Source: Hormiphora californensis
Lineage: Eukaryota; Animalia; Ctenophora
Reading direction: 5' to 3'
DNA length: 64,000 bases
NCBI GenBank assembly: GCA_020137815.1
Contig: CM035362.1
Span: 2,790,001-2,854,000, forward strand
A program made the position numbers and the translations under genes. Position 1 is the first letter of the stretch, and every line of letters begins with the position of its first letter. Positions 1-26,833 of the stretch are shown here, one piece after another. Under the pieces are notes generated by a model. That model was not told the DNA's origin and ran no database searches. It saw only the letters and a program-made list of their open reading frames with translations.

Positions 1-244
1 CCAAAGCAAAAAACAGCAAAAGCAGACGGCTAGGATAAATCCAGTTTGCCCGGGGGTGCTTGATATCCCTTTCAATAACGTTTCAGCCACGGTCCTTCGG
101 TACAGATTTCTCTGGCCCAGCGTAGCCACGGCCACACCCCACAAACATTACGCAATCGTGTTGCTTTTCGGGCTATCAAAGAGAGACCATACCAATCCAT
201 AGCTTGGTGGAACCTCAGGACGTACAGCCGTAGATCCGGATCGA

Positions 245-610
245 ACCGCTGGGGTCCAACCAACACACCAAAGCCTAAAATTAAAAATTAAAATTGTGAT
301 GTTTAAACCCTGCACACACCAACTAGCCGTCTTACCAAATTTCTCCTCCCCATTCTAAAAGTAACGATCTCGCGCGCGATTTTAACTGCTGTTAAAAAAT
401 TTTGTCATCCAAAATTCCAACGCGACCGTCCACATAAATCGTGCGTGAGATTCGTTAACCTTTAGAATGGGGGACTAAGAGAATAAATTTTAACGGCTAC
501 CCCCCCGCCTGGTGTGTGCGGGTTTTTTTTAATAAGAAAAAATTTTAATCTGTAATTTTAATTTTAATTTTTGGTGTGTGCCTTGTGGTGACTGTGGTGA
601 CACCCTGGAC
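245..610. mobile_element. Degraded copy of the palindromic MITE seen intact at 41648-41926
   Basis: Same cacaccaaag-ttaaaattaaaatt...ccccattctaaaagtaacgatctc arms in inverted arrangement, with many small indels. Confidence 0.7.
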
Positions 611-1429
611 CTAAGGCATGCGGAGGCGAGGTTGTACTGGCCACTACACACCCTGCCGTCGAGGTTAGTGTTAGATATAGAGGTCCTCCTTGGGTTTAGT
701 ATTATAGACGTCAGTTAGCACTAGAGTTCACGCCAACCAGGGCTGTCCCTGGAACCGCAGACCCCGCTGAAGCCGCACGAATCGGGGGTCTGGCCGACCG
801 CCATTACCACACAGGGAGCTGGGGAGGGAAAGCATCACAACCTCCAGTAGGGCTGTCAGAGCATTGGACTGACAGGCCAGGGGAGGCTATGCGCCGCGAG
901 AAACTGGACCCTGTGCAGCATTCACGGCGCAGGTAAACTCACGGGGGGAAGGCGGCTTTTTTAAAAACATGGAATTAAAATCTCTGCGCCTTTGACGTTT
1001 GAGTTAGCATAAGGCCCACGGAAATGCTTAAAGTCATGCACATTGCACAATCAAGTCATGCCCACCAATCCACAGAACTCGGAAACGCGCGGAGTGCTTC
1101 GCGCGTTCTTGAGCTCAACGTGACCTTGCGTTGGTGGCCTTTCCCGTGTGACTTGATTTGTGCACCCCTGCACAACCCCCCCCCCTTGACCACCACATTT
1201 CCGACACACCAGACACCCAACCCACCGGGCCTAATGCTAAAAACCCAAAAAGCTATGGAGGCGAGACACTGTGTTGAGACGCGCACAAGGCGACTGGTGC
1301 GCATTTGGCTATTGCAGGACCGCGCACCCTGTTTGTGAATTTCGAGTAAACATCTGCCAAAAAAAAGTTGAAAAAATTTTGTCTCCAACAGTTTTAAAAT
1401 ACTTTTTTGTTTTTTGACTTACGGCATGG

Positions 1430-2900
1430 CTTGCGGACGAAAAATAAGTTGGATAAACGGTGACGAGTAAAATCCCTTTTATGGTCAAATTTGACTTTTT
1501 TGGCAAAACTCTGTCATTTCTTTCCAACATCGCCACAATCTTAGGCTCGTTGGGAAGAGAGTACTTTCCAATGATTAAACGGTCAATAAACGTCAGGGCT
1601 AATATTCTCCTGAGGCTGTGTTTAAAAAAGGTCTGTTTGAAAGCTTTCTGTGTTAATTTCTTCGCCATTGTAGCGCGATTTTTGATGCTCCTGCGCCTGT
1701 AGTAAAGCCTTTCAATTTGAAGCGAGCTCAATGCAAAATTTTCAAAAAACGTTCCTCTTACCAACGCATTTCTCTCGCGTCTCCGTTGAAGGATAATAAT
1801 TCCCAGGCTGTTGTCAGCCTTTGTTCCAGTAGTTAAGGCCTTTGACTTTCCGCAATTGCCCTGGTAAAGAATCTCTGTATATAGTTTCGATCTGGATAAC
1901 ATCGCCGCTCTTGGTTGGAGAACATTAAGGGCGAGAACAGTATTCAAGTTTGGGTCTTAGCAGTGGACTTGAATGCGAGAGTTACCATAGGCTTCTCGGG
2001 GAGCCGGTTCTCTTGAAGTCCTAAAACTACACCCTAACAAGAACCAGAGCAACTCGGGGATGCCCTTCAAACTCGGAGTATTACAGAGTATTACTTATGC
2101 CCATGAGCAGCATATTGTTTCTTTCCCAACCATCTCCGGTATCTGTCTCTAGATTTTCTTGTATGGCCTCCTTGTTCTTCCAATCCAGTAATTGTGGCGG
2201 CTTTTGGCTGTCGGTCCGCGAAGGTAAGCGTACCTACCGGTCGTCCGGGATACCAAGTCACACACATATATGATGAATAGAGGGGTACAAGCACAGATCC
2301 TGATGGACCACTACGGTGACACTCTCGGCCTGGAGCATTGCTACGTCTATCACACAGTCTCGTGACCCTACCAGTGAGGAAGGCTCTATCCACTGAAGTA
2401 GCTCTTCCCCTGATACCCAGATCTTTTCAGTTTATGCAAGAAGGAACGGATATCAACCTTATCAAAGGGCTTTGACCTAAAGTCGATGCAGGCCACTCTA
2501 CCTTCAAGACCTTGTTGAGGTCCTCCACGGGATAACATCCATTAGTGTTTCAAGAGTTGAGTAAGGCCAGTACCGTCCTGATTCTGAAAATCCGTGTTGT
2601 TCGTACTGTCTATAGAATACCTTGCAACTCAACAAATTCAGTTATCTCCTTGCCACACCACTCGTTCGAAGGTTTTTGGTCACGTGCGTCACAGTTGCTA
2701 CCGGTCGGTAGTCTCCAAGCTATACTTTGTTTCCTTTCTGAATATAGGGGCTATTCTGCCTCGTCTCTTAAACCCTCCGGGAATGTGTTCCCTCAGCAAT
2801 TCTGTCCCACAGTCTCCAACAGGGGGTAGGCTAAATAGCTTCGAAATTCCCTTAATATGAGAGCTGGGAATTCCATCTGTTCCGGGTGACGCGTGAGTGT
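1430..2900 (-). mobile_element. Decayed LINE (CR1/L2/Jockey-group) reverse transcriptase ORF2 fragment
   Basis: Frameshifted minus-strand motifs in canonical order: IAPIF, KTFERVV, LTQLLKH, CIDFxxxFDKVD, FLTGR, GSVLxPL, LTFAD, LQRRRER. Ends are approximate. Confidence 0.75.
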
Positions 2901-3949
2901 GGGTTTCAATTCTGCAAAGCGCTTCCTCAATATCTGCCGGTGTGAAGGTAATGTCGGCCAGTCCTCCGTCGCTCCTCGATAACCTAGACGGGGTCCCTCT
3001 AACCTTTACCTGAGATGGATTCGCTGAATGACCTTACTGGGTTCTGGAGGAACTATGCCTTTTCCAGGGTAGTCATCATAAGGGGCGTCCTACTCGGGCG
3101 TTAATGAGGGGGTCCGATGTCTTGAGTGCTGTTTCCTCCTGCTGTTCACTTGGAGGAACTAGACGACCTTCGGGTTAGTCTTTGATCTGGGTCACAATCT
3201 AATGTTAATTCTTCTAGCATTTATCTGGTTGATTAAATGACTGCCTTGATTTTGGTGTTATAGTCTTTGATACAGCGACGAGTTTCTTCAATCAGATTTT
3301 AACCAATTAAGTCGAAAGGCTTGCATGAGGATTGTAGGTCAGTAGGGTAGAGGGGTTATGGGTAACGTCTAGTGTGATGATCTGAATTTGAGAAGGGGGT
3401 ATGCAAACCGAAAGGGGGACAGCGGATTACAGTGTGAGACAACAGTTTGAATGGCGGATGATGTTAGCATTGGTGTAAATCCAAATCAAGCCCCAAAGGC
3501 GTAGGCAGAAAGGGAAATTTTTTGGTTTGAGGAGTAGTGTAACAAAGGCAAGGGGCATAGTGCCAATAAATTTTGTCATAAGTAGTGGGTTAGCAATATG
3601 GTGTAATTATATGAGAAGTGAATAGACAATAAACAAGGGGTATTAATTGAAGGAAATGAATTAAGTACTTTACTTAATTCAGTAATATTACTTGAATTAA
3701 TTAATAATTAAGTAAGTAATTAATAAGTAATTCGATTAATAATTAATAATTAATAATTAATTAATTAATGTCATTACTTTAATTAAGTAATTACTTAATT
3801 ACTAATTACATTAATTCATTAATTCCTAATTAACATGGACTTCATCCTACTTAATTAATTAATAATCACTTCATTAATTCCTTCATAATTCCATAATTCC
3901 TTCACTTACTTACTTACATTCCTAATTACTCATACTTCATTACTTCCTG

Positions 3950-6090
3950 CATTCTTCCTTCATTCCTTCCTTCATTCCTTCCTTCATTCCTTCCTTCATT
4001 CCTTCCTTCCTTCCTTCCTTCATTCCTTCATTCCTTCCTTCCTTCATTCCTTCCTTCATTCCTTCCTTCATTCCTTCCTTCATTCCTTCCTTCCTTCCTT
4101 CCTTCATTCCTTCCTTCCTTCATTCCTTCCTGCACTTCACGTCACCCCCCCCCCCCCCCCCCTCCCCCTCCTCGTGTGTTTTTCCCCCTTTCCTACCCCC
4201 ACCTCCCCCCCCTCCTTTTTTCCTGCTTTCCTCCCCCCCCTTCGGGACCGCTTCCCCTTTCGCTTCCTTCACTTCGTTCTTCTTACCGCGCCTTCCTCCA
4301 TTTCCTTATCTCCTTCCTTCCTTCCTTACTTCTTCCATTCCTTCCATTCCTTCCTCTCCTTCCTTCTTCCTTCCTTCCTTCCTTCCTTCCTTCCTTCCTC
4401 GCCTTCCTTCCTTCTTCTTCCTTCCTTCCTTCTCTCTTCTTCCTCCTTCCTCCTTCTTCTTCCTTCCTTACCTTCCTTCCTTCCTCCTTCCTTTCCTTGC
4501 CTTCAGTCCTGCCTTCCTTCCTTCCTTCCTTCATTCCATTCTTACTAATTCCTTCCTTCCGCACCTTCCTTCCTTCGTCCTCCTTCCTCATCCTTCCTTC
4601 CTTCCTTCCTTCCTTCATTCCTTCGCTGTTCCTTCCTTCCTTCCTTCCTTCCTTCCTTCCTTTCCTTCCTTCCTTACACGCCTTCCTTCCTTCCTTCCTT
4701 CTGTCACTTCCTTACTTCCTTCTCCTTCCTTCCTTCCTTCCTTCTTCCTTCCTTCCTTCCCGCACGCGCCTTCCTTCTGTTCTTCCTTCCTTCCTTCCCT
4801 TCCTTCATTCCTTGCCTTCCTTCCTGCACTTCCTTCCTTTCTTCCTTCGTCCTCCTTCTTCCTCGCCTCCCCCCCCTCCCTCCTTCCTTCCTCACATCCT
4901 CCCTTTCCTTCCTTCTCCCCCCTCCTTCCTTCCTTCCTTCACTTCCTTCCTCCTTCCTTCACTGCGTCCTTCTTACTTCCTTCACTCCCTCGCACACACA
5001 CTCCATTCCTTCCTCTCAGCCACGACCTTCCTCTTTTTACACGCACTTCCTTCACTTCCTTGCCTTCCTTACATTCCTGTCCTTCATTCCTTCCTTTTCC
5101 TTCCTCCTTCCTCCTTCCGTACCGCGCCTGTCAGCGTACCTTCCTTTCTTCGCCTTCCTTGTCCTCCTTCCTTCCTTCCTTTCCTTCATTCCTTCCGTCC
5201 TTCCTCCTACGTCCTTACTTCTCCTTCCTTCCTTCCTTCCTCACCTTAATTCCTTCCTTCCTTCATTCATCGACCTCCTTACCTTCCTTCTTCCCTTCCT
5301 CCTTTCCTTCCTGCACCCCCTTCTTCCGCGCCTACGCCTTCCTTCTTCATTCACTCGCTTCCTGCGCCTTCCTTCCCGCGCCTCCTTCCTTCGTTCCTTC
5401 ACTCCGCCTTCCTTCCTTCCTACTTCCTTCCTTCCTTCTTCTCCCGCGCCTCCTTCCTTCACGCGCCTTCCTCCTTCCCCGCGCCTTCCTTCCTTCCTTC
5501 CTTCCTTCCTTCCTTCCTTCCTCCTTCCTTCTTCCTTCCTTCCTTCCTTCCTTCCGTCCGTCCTTCCTTCCTTCTTCCTTCCTTCCTTCTATCCTTCCTT
5601 CCTTCCTTCCTCCTCCTTCCTTCCTTCCTCTCCTTCCACGCGCCTTCCTTCCTCCTTCCTTTCCTTCTTCTTCCTTCCTTCCTCTTCCTTCCTTCCTTCC
5701 TCCTTCCTTCCTTACTCCTTCCTTCTTCCTCCTTCAATTCCTCCTTCCTTCCTTCCTTCCTTCATGCACTTCCTTACTTCCTTCATTTCCTTCCTTTGTT
5801 CTTCCTTCTTCCACGCACCTTCCCGCGACCTTCCTTCCTTCCTTCTTCCTTCCTTCCTTACTTCCTTCCTTCTCAGCTTCTTCCTTCCTCGCCTTCCTTC
5901 TTCCTCGCCTTTCCTTCCTCTCCTTCCTCCTTCCTCCCTTCCTTCCTTCCTCCTTCCTTTCTTCCTTACTTCCTCCTTCCTTCCTCGCACTTCCTTCCTT
6001 CCTTCCTTCCTTGTGTTCCTTCCTTCCTTCCTTCCTTCCTTCTCCTTCCTTCCTTCCTTCCCCCCTTCCACGCGCCTTCACTTCCTTCCT
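3950..6090. repeat. (TTCC)n / (TTCA)n low-complexity satellite
   Basis: About 2 kb of degenerate ttcc repeats. The PSFL/EGRK ORFs here are translations of the repeat. Confidence 0.95.
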
Positions 6091-7790
6091 TTGACCAAAA
6101 TCTTCGATACAGCAACGCCCCCCTACTTAACCGGAAATAGTGCAAGAAATCAACTGTGTTTTAATACATCCAGAAAGTCCAAGTGAGGCAGTGCATACAT
6201 GTGGTTTTTGCGCACAAGACTAGTTTTTTTAACGATTCCCCACCACACGCACCTTCACCACACATGAAAATTACACTCACCTCTTACACTACGACTTCTT
6301 TATTATTTCCTGATTTTTACAAGCCATCTCCCATTATTGTTATGTTGATCAACTAACCCCTCCTTCTAAATCAATTAAATATCCCTTCCTCCATCAGTTT
6401 GATGAGGAAAAGATGAAACTAACACTGGAAGTTCTGGATTTGACACGTTGGGAGATATCATATGTGGAGGAGATAAATGAGTGAGATGTCCTTACTTACA
6501 TTGAAAGAGAAATACTGGAATCAATAACACGGAATAAGTAAAAATTCGAACCTTATCTTTTAAAATGGGAGTAGAGGTAATGGACGGAGGAAAGACAGTG
6601 ACCGTCTTTGGTCGTGAAACTCGTGTGATTTTTCTTAATTGTTCAATGCTCAATTACTATTTCATGATCATTGATAAACTGATAAATGATAATGGTGGTT
6701 GCATTTGGCAATATATTGTCAAAAAATGTTTAGCTTTTCCTTTTGAGCGTTAAATCAAATATAATTACAGTTCAATTACATGTCAACAACACGTAGTCAA
6801 TGCAACAAAAAGACTAATGTAAAACTAACAATATTGTTTTATGTACACTGAAACTTAATGGAAACGAAATGAATGTGTTTTATATTCTTAATCTTCCCAC
6901 ACACTTTTGTCTGAAAATGAAATTAGAAACGAAATATTTCTCTCCAATATAGAATTTTCAAATAATCCAAAAGTGTGTTGATCTTGTTTGAAAACAATTA
7001 ACAACTCAAGAATCCAATTGGCCTCATTTATCTTCTCATCCTTGATTTCAGTCTTCTTCATCGAGTCTCCGAAGACAGAAGTGTGTGAAATTGAATGTTA
7101 TGTAACGCGCGAGAAGAAAATTGAGGGTAAAGTACTGCTTACTTCGCGGCTCGCGCGGTGAGCCTCTTTCACATGGTAAGCGCGCGCTCTCTTCTGGATG
7201 CTGCGTGCACTGCACAGTGCAGTCTCTTTCCGATGCTGTGCACTCTCTTTGAGGCTCTCGGACTCCTTATGGGTCACCATCAGTCTCCCAAAAACGTCCA
7301 AGAGGCCTCAAGTCTTAAAATTTTAAAAACGCATTTTCACATTTTTTGAATTTGACCAATTTGGTGCGCGTCGCAATGTGCGCGTCGCATGCGCGTCTCA
7401 TGCGCGTCGCGATATGCGCGTCTCAACACATTCGGGGTGCCTCCATAAAGTCGGTTTTTTTGTTGTTGCCTTGGGCACGTCGCGCCCCCCCCCCATGTTC
7501 GCGCGCCCGTAGGGCGATCCCCTCACAAGTTGTTGCCACTTGTTTTGGCTCTCACGCCTTTGTTTCTTGACCAATTTTGTCAAACAAAAACTTTACGGAC
7601 TCACAAAATTATGGAAACAGCAATCCGACACCGGGGTCTCAGATAATAAACGCGATCGGTCACAGAGTGAACCTGCAAAGTGGCCGTGGTACAACACCGA
7701 AGTGTCGAGAGTACCCTCGTATCCATCATGGAACCCGGTATTGTCGGATTGCTGTTTGAAGTAAAGAAAATTATGCTCTTTCCGATGATA

Positions 7791-7942
7791 AAGTCCGATT
7801 TTTTGAAACTGTCACCCCCCTTTTCGTGCGCGGAATGTTTTTGCGCGTCACATCACATGTTAACGTGTGGTGTGCGCGTCAAATTTGATAAATTTCACAT
7901 GCGCGGTCATTTTGGGGTGACAGTTTCAAAAAATCCGACTTT
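7791..7942. mobile_element. TIR MITE (aaagtccgattttttgaaactgtcacccc...ggggtgacagtttcaaaaaatccgacttt)
   Basis: Terminal inverted repeats. A near-identical body recurs at 34793-34930. Confidence 0.75.
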
Positions 7943-8211
7943 AGGCGGCTTTTTGCCGCTTCAAAAAAAATCCGACTTTACTCAACGTGACACGCTAAAA
8001 TATTTATTTTGCATTGCATGGTAGAGCCGCGCAGTATTTATTCTGTCGCGCGCGCTGCGCTGCGGTCGCGGTTCCAATCACAAAAAATTCTTTGAGAGAA
8101 TTTTAATTTTTGCGTCTCTTAACTCTTTTTCCACTCACAGTCGTCAGTGATCAGTCCCAACAAGACGGCAACTGGTTTTAGTAAAACCACTTCTCTGATA
8201 GCTCTGTCAGG

Positions 8212-10067
8212 ATGTTACGGTTAGTGGGACCTACAGCTTCATTTGTGAAGTCGTCCCTCATACCCTCGACTACGGCACTTCTCACGCGGCAGAAGACCAA
8301 CTTGCGAAGGCCCCGAACCGAGCTTTGGAACGCGAAAAAGGGCGGAAACCAGTGGAGCATCGCACAGAAAAATTCCCTTGTTGATGGGTACGATCAAATA
8401 AACAAACATGTCACCAAGAAGAGGAGTGTGACATCGCTTGACGGCACACTGGCTCTCGAAAAACTCTCCTCAAAGATGAAAATGATGGATCTGCTTAGCC
8501 ATGATCAGCAGAACGAAGTCCCATGGAAAGATTGGAAGAGACTCCGACCAGGACACAGCAAGCACTCTCATTACCAGTTTCGGGTACACCGGAGATCTTG
8601 TTATGTGGTGAAGCAGAAGAAGTATGTGAGAAGTAGTTGTTCAGTGTGCTCAATAGGATGGTACCCCATGTATTACGAACCAGAAAAACTGAAAACTTAT
8701 ATCGACCCAAAATCCAACCAGTAAGTCGAATAGTTAAACAATTCATTAATATAATCCTCTTACTGATATGTGAGTGTAGTTGAATGAATCAATCGACCTC
8801 TTCATAAGTACTCAGCAGGAACCGACCGAATCAGGAAATACTGGTCCCTGATTGGCTGATAACCAGTCACGTGACCTACATAACGAGTTCTGATTGGTTG
8901 TTTACTTGTTTCGGTCGGTTCCTGGTACTCATTCTCGTTCATTCTGGTTTAAAATTATAAAATGCAGGTTACTATCTGAGAAGATAACGAATGTTTGCCG
9001 GTACAAACAGAATGTTTTGAAGGAAGCAGTAACAAAAGCTCAAAGTAGAGGATACCTACCACTGCCAAACAACACAGGTTAGACGGTCTCACAGGTTAGA
9101 TGGTCTCACAGGTTAGATGGTTTCACAGTTAGATGGTCTCACAGGTTAGATGGTCTCACAGGTTAGATGGTCTCACAGGTTAGATGGTCTCACAGGTTAG
9201 ATGGTCTCACAGGTTAGACGGTCTCACAGGTTAGATGGTCTCACAGGTTAGATGGTTTCACAGTTAGATGGTCTCACAGGTTAGATGGTCTCACAGGTTA
9301 GATGGTCTCACAGGTTAGATGGTCTCACAGGTTAGATGGTCTCACAGGTTAGACGGTCTCACAGTTAGATGGTCTCACAGGTTAGATCGTCTCACAGGTT
9401 AGATGGTCTCACAGGTTAGATCGTCTCACAGGTTAGATGGTCTCACAGGTTAGATGGTCTCACAGGTTAAATGGTCTCACAGGTTAGATGGTCTCACAGG
9501 TTAGATGGTCTCACAGTTAGACGGTCTCACAGGTTAGATGGTCTCACAGTTAGATCGTCTCACTAAGTTTACAATTGACAAGCACATCGGTGACTCGGTT
9601 TAATTTCAATCTCCGTTTGTCAATTTAGATTTATTGACAACTTACATTGTAAGAGATCGAGTTATGTCGGGTCTTGGTCTGGTTTGACTTACTGCAACGT
9701 TCCTTTGTTCACATTTCTCCCCCTCCAGGCTCTAGAAAGTGGACGTCAGAGCAGATTTTCGGGAAAGATCGAACTGAGTTAATTGGTCTTCGACAGAGGT
9801 AGTTAATTGTCTATCGAAATATATGTCCTTCATTCATTATGATCTGTGAAAACCTCCATCAACACCTCCCATTACCTGCCCTACATTCATTGGTTCACGC
9901 CCATGGCAGGGGGTTCATGCCCATGGCAGGTGCTCTAATATCAAATTCCTTCCAGGTATAACAAGGCATACAGGCATCTACCTGTTAATGTATTCTACCA
10001 GGAGAAAACAGGCGAATTATTGGGACATTACCCGACAGAGAGGGGCAGCGAGTTTAACTTTGAGTGA
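8212..10067 (+). CDS. MRPS18B: Mitochondrial ribosomal protein S18 family (MRPS18B/mS40-like); exons 8212-8720, 8968-9077, 9729-9798, 9956-10067
   Basis: Spliced product reads RRSC...SSCSVCS...EKLKTYIDPKSNQLLSEKITNVCRYKQNVLKEAVTKAQSRGYLP, matching the bS18 core pattern CxxC...ITGxCxxxQxxLxxAIxKAxxxGLL. N-terminus is R/S/T-rich like a targeting peptide. All introns are GT-AG with consistent phase. Paralog assignment is an inference. Confidence 0.8.
8816..8924. mobile_element. hAT-type MITE, TIR CAGGAACCGACCGA, 8-bp TSD; other copies 11292-11359, 11989-12107, 16180-16288, 22851-22959, 24070-24142 (partial), 34259-34367, 61021-61139
   Basis: TIRs plus 8-bp flanking repeats: perfect ggaaattg (11989 copy) and cattttac (22851 copy), near-perfect at most other full-length copies. 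Confidence 0.9.
9074..9563 (+). repeat. 17-bp minisatellite (ACAG|GTTAGATGGTCTC) beginning at the S18 exon-2 donor
   Basis: About 29 tandem units. The first unit spans the exon end (9077) and the GT at 9078. Confidence 0.95.
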
Positions 10068-10098
10068 AATTATATACAAAACACAAAATATATATGTA

Positions 10099-10279
10099 CA
10101 GTTGGACCCCGATTTACCGGACCCCGATTAACGATTTACCGGAACCCCGATTTAGCGGGAGTATAAATTTCCCCCGATCTATAGGGAATTAACGGTATTT
10201 GACCCCGATATATCGGGCACCCCGATTTACTGGGCAAAACCCTTTCCCCCGAGCATCCCGGTAAATCGGGGTCCGACTG
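10099..10279. mobile_element. Tc1/mariner/pogo-type MITE, TIR CAGTCGGACCCCGATTTA, TA TSD; other copies 27513-27684, 41388-41559, 54536-54705, 30260-30727 (with internal insert), partial near 10741 and 29468
   Basis: Inverted termini flanked by TA on both sides, with internal ccccgattta subrepeats. Confidence 0.9.
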
Positions 10280-10597
10280 TATTGATGTTTACAGGCAACA
10301 TTCAATATTAAACCGTTTTCCCCAGCTGGTTTTTTGAGAAGAGTTTTACTGAAACTTCAAAGAGGAAGAGGGAGTAATATTTTGTTACTTTTGTATTACA
10401 CGGTTTGTGCTTTTATATAATATATGTTTAATTTATTAACCACACTATTGGATATCTTCCAAAAGTCTCCATCTGTTGGCCATCCTTGTAACATCCGTAT
10501 GTACCCCTCTCCTTAACCGAGATCTGCCCGAGTATGTGCGTGAGTGTGTACCAGATAAGAAGATATCAAAATTACTTTCTGTTAACTAGACCGTTTC

Positions 10598-25358
<14,761 letters not shown>

Positions 25359-26310
25359 TGATATGACGTCATAATCTATCGAACATTGTGTATCGCGTCC
25401 TTGTGTGTAATCTCTATTACTACAACTACTTCAGAGGGTTTTTGTCCTGTATGTTTGTGTGTGTGTGTAACGCGTGTTATACTGTACTGTATGTGTGAAT
25501 TCCCACCGCTCATTCCTCTTAGTATCTCTCTTTCTCTTCCTCTCTCTCTATCTTTTATCTCTCTATCTGTCTTCCCTAGCCCTCTATCTCTCTCCGTTTT
25601 CCCTCTTTTTCTCCCCTTAATTTCCACCGTTGAAGAGGCAAGAAGTGAGAGATTGTTGAGTGTGTGTGAGTGTTGTAGCAGTTCAACTTTATTTCCTGTT
25701 TCCAGGGGGCCGAGAGAGAGGGAGAGAGCCCTGAAATGTTGTAGAACAGGATGATGTTTCGTAACCCGATCCTGAGCGCGACCGCCCAATAGCTCAATTG
25801 TAGATCACTTGACGCGGGGTTTGTTACACGCGCGCGCACTTCGGAGGGGGTGTGTCATGTCTCTCTTCAAATCCTATTGCCGTGTGTGTTCGGCGGGGGT
25901 GTGTCATGTCTCTCTTCAAATCCAATTGTGCCGTGTGTGTTCGGCGGGTGATTGTCTTTTTGTGGTCATATTTTGAGGAAGTTAAAACAATATTTTTCAT
26001 TTTAAAATCGGGAAAAAGGTATATATACACAGGTGGAGTTGTTGAGAAAGAGATGTTTTACTTATTATGGTACACTTTGTTGACAACAAAGTACACACCC
26101 GATGATTGATTACTTTTACACTTCACTCAAAAAATTCTGAGTTTCTGTTTGTTTTTCAAAGGTATAATTATACAAAATCTGGGCACTTTAAAATCTTTCT
26201 CTCTCATAAAAGTCTGTGTGGATGAGGCTTGTCCTACTTTCCTGAAAGCAGTATATAAATGTAAGAATTCTCACTCTCGATCTCTCTCTCTCACTCTCTC
26301 TCTCTCTCTG

Positions 26311-26393
<83 letters not shown>

Positions 26394-26833
26394 TTTTTAG
26401 GAATGCGATGTTGCTGGAAGGCCAGAAGGGTGCGTCATCAGAGCTTTTCGAGTTTACCTAGTTCTACATAAAATGCTCATACTAAAAGAGGGTTCATTTA
26501 ATCTACACACACACATAAAAACTTCTGTCAATATACTACCGTGGGGTGTGGGCCATGGGGAGATATAATGTGCTGAAAGAAAGCTAATTCTGTACTGAGA
26601 GAGAGATGCAGTACGAGAGAGATGAGTGGTAAAAAATGCTGTCAGAGCATTGGCCTGACCCTATTCTCATTTCTCTCAAGCGAGAACTGTGGTCAGAGCA
26701 TTGGCCTGACAGAAAAAATGCAAGCTGCTATTTGGGCAAAAATATGTTTGGCCGACTCTGTATATCATTAACACAAATATATATTTTTACACTACGCTTC
26801 ACAAGACCTGCTATAACACTTATTATAATTAGT

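Noticed and set aside
1309-1947. 212-aa ORF as a gene or tyrosine recombinase (KHSLRR)
   Set aside because: Better explained as the frameshifted 3' part of the LINE ORF2 (LQRRRER).
4174-6186. Long PSFL/EGRK ORFs up to 357 aa
   Set aside because: Translations of the TTCC satellite.
6280-7310. Possible minus-strand exons of a gene divergent from the S18 gene
   Set aside because: Coding-like patches exist, but the sequence is too error-rich for a consistent frame or a recognisable product.
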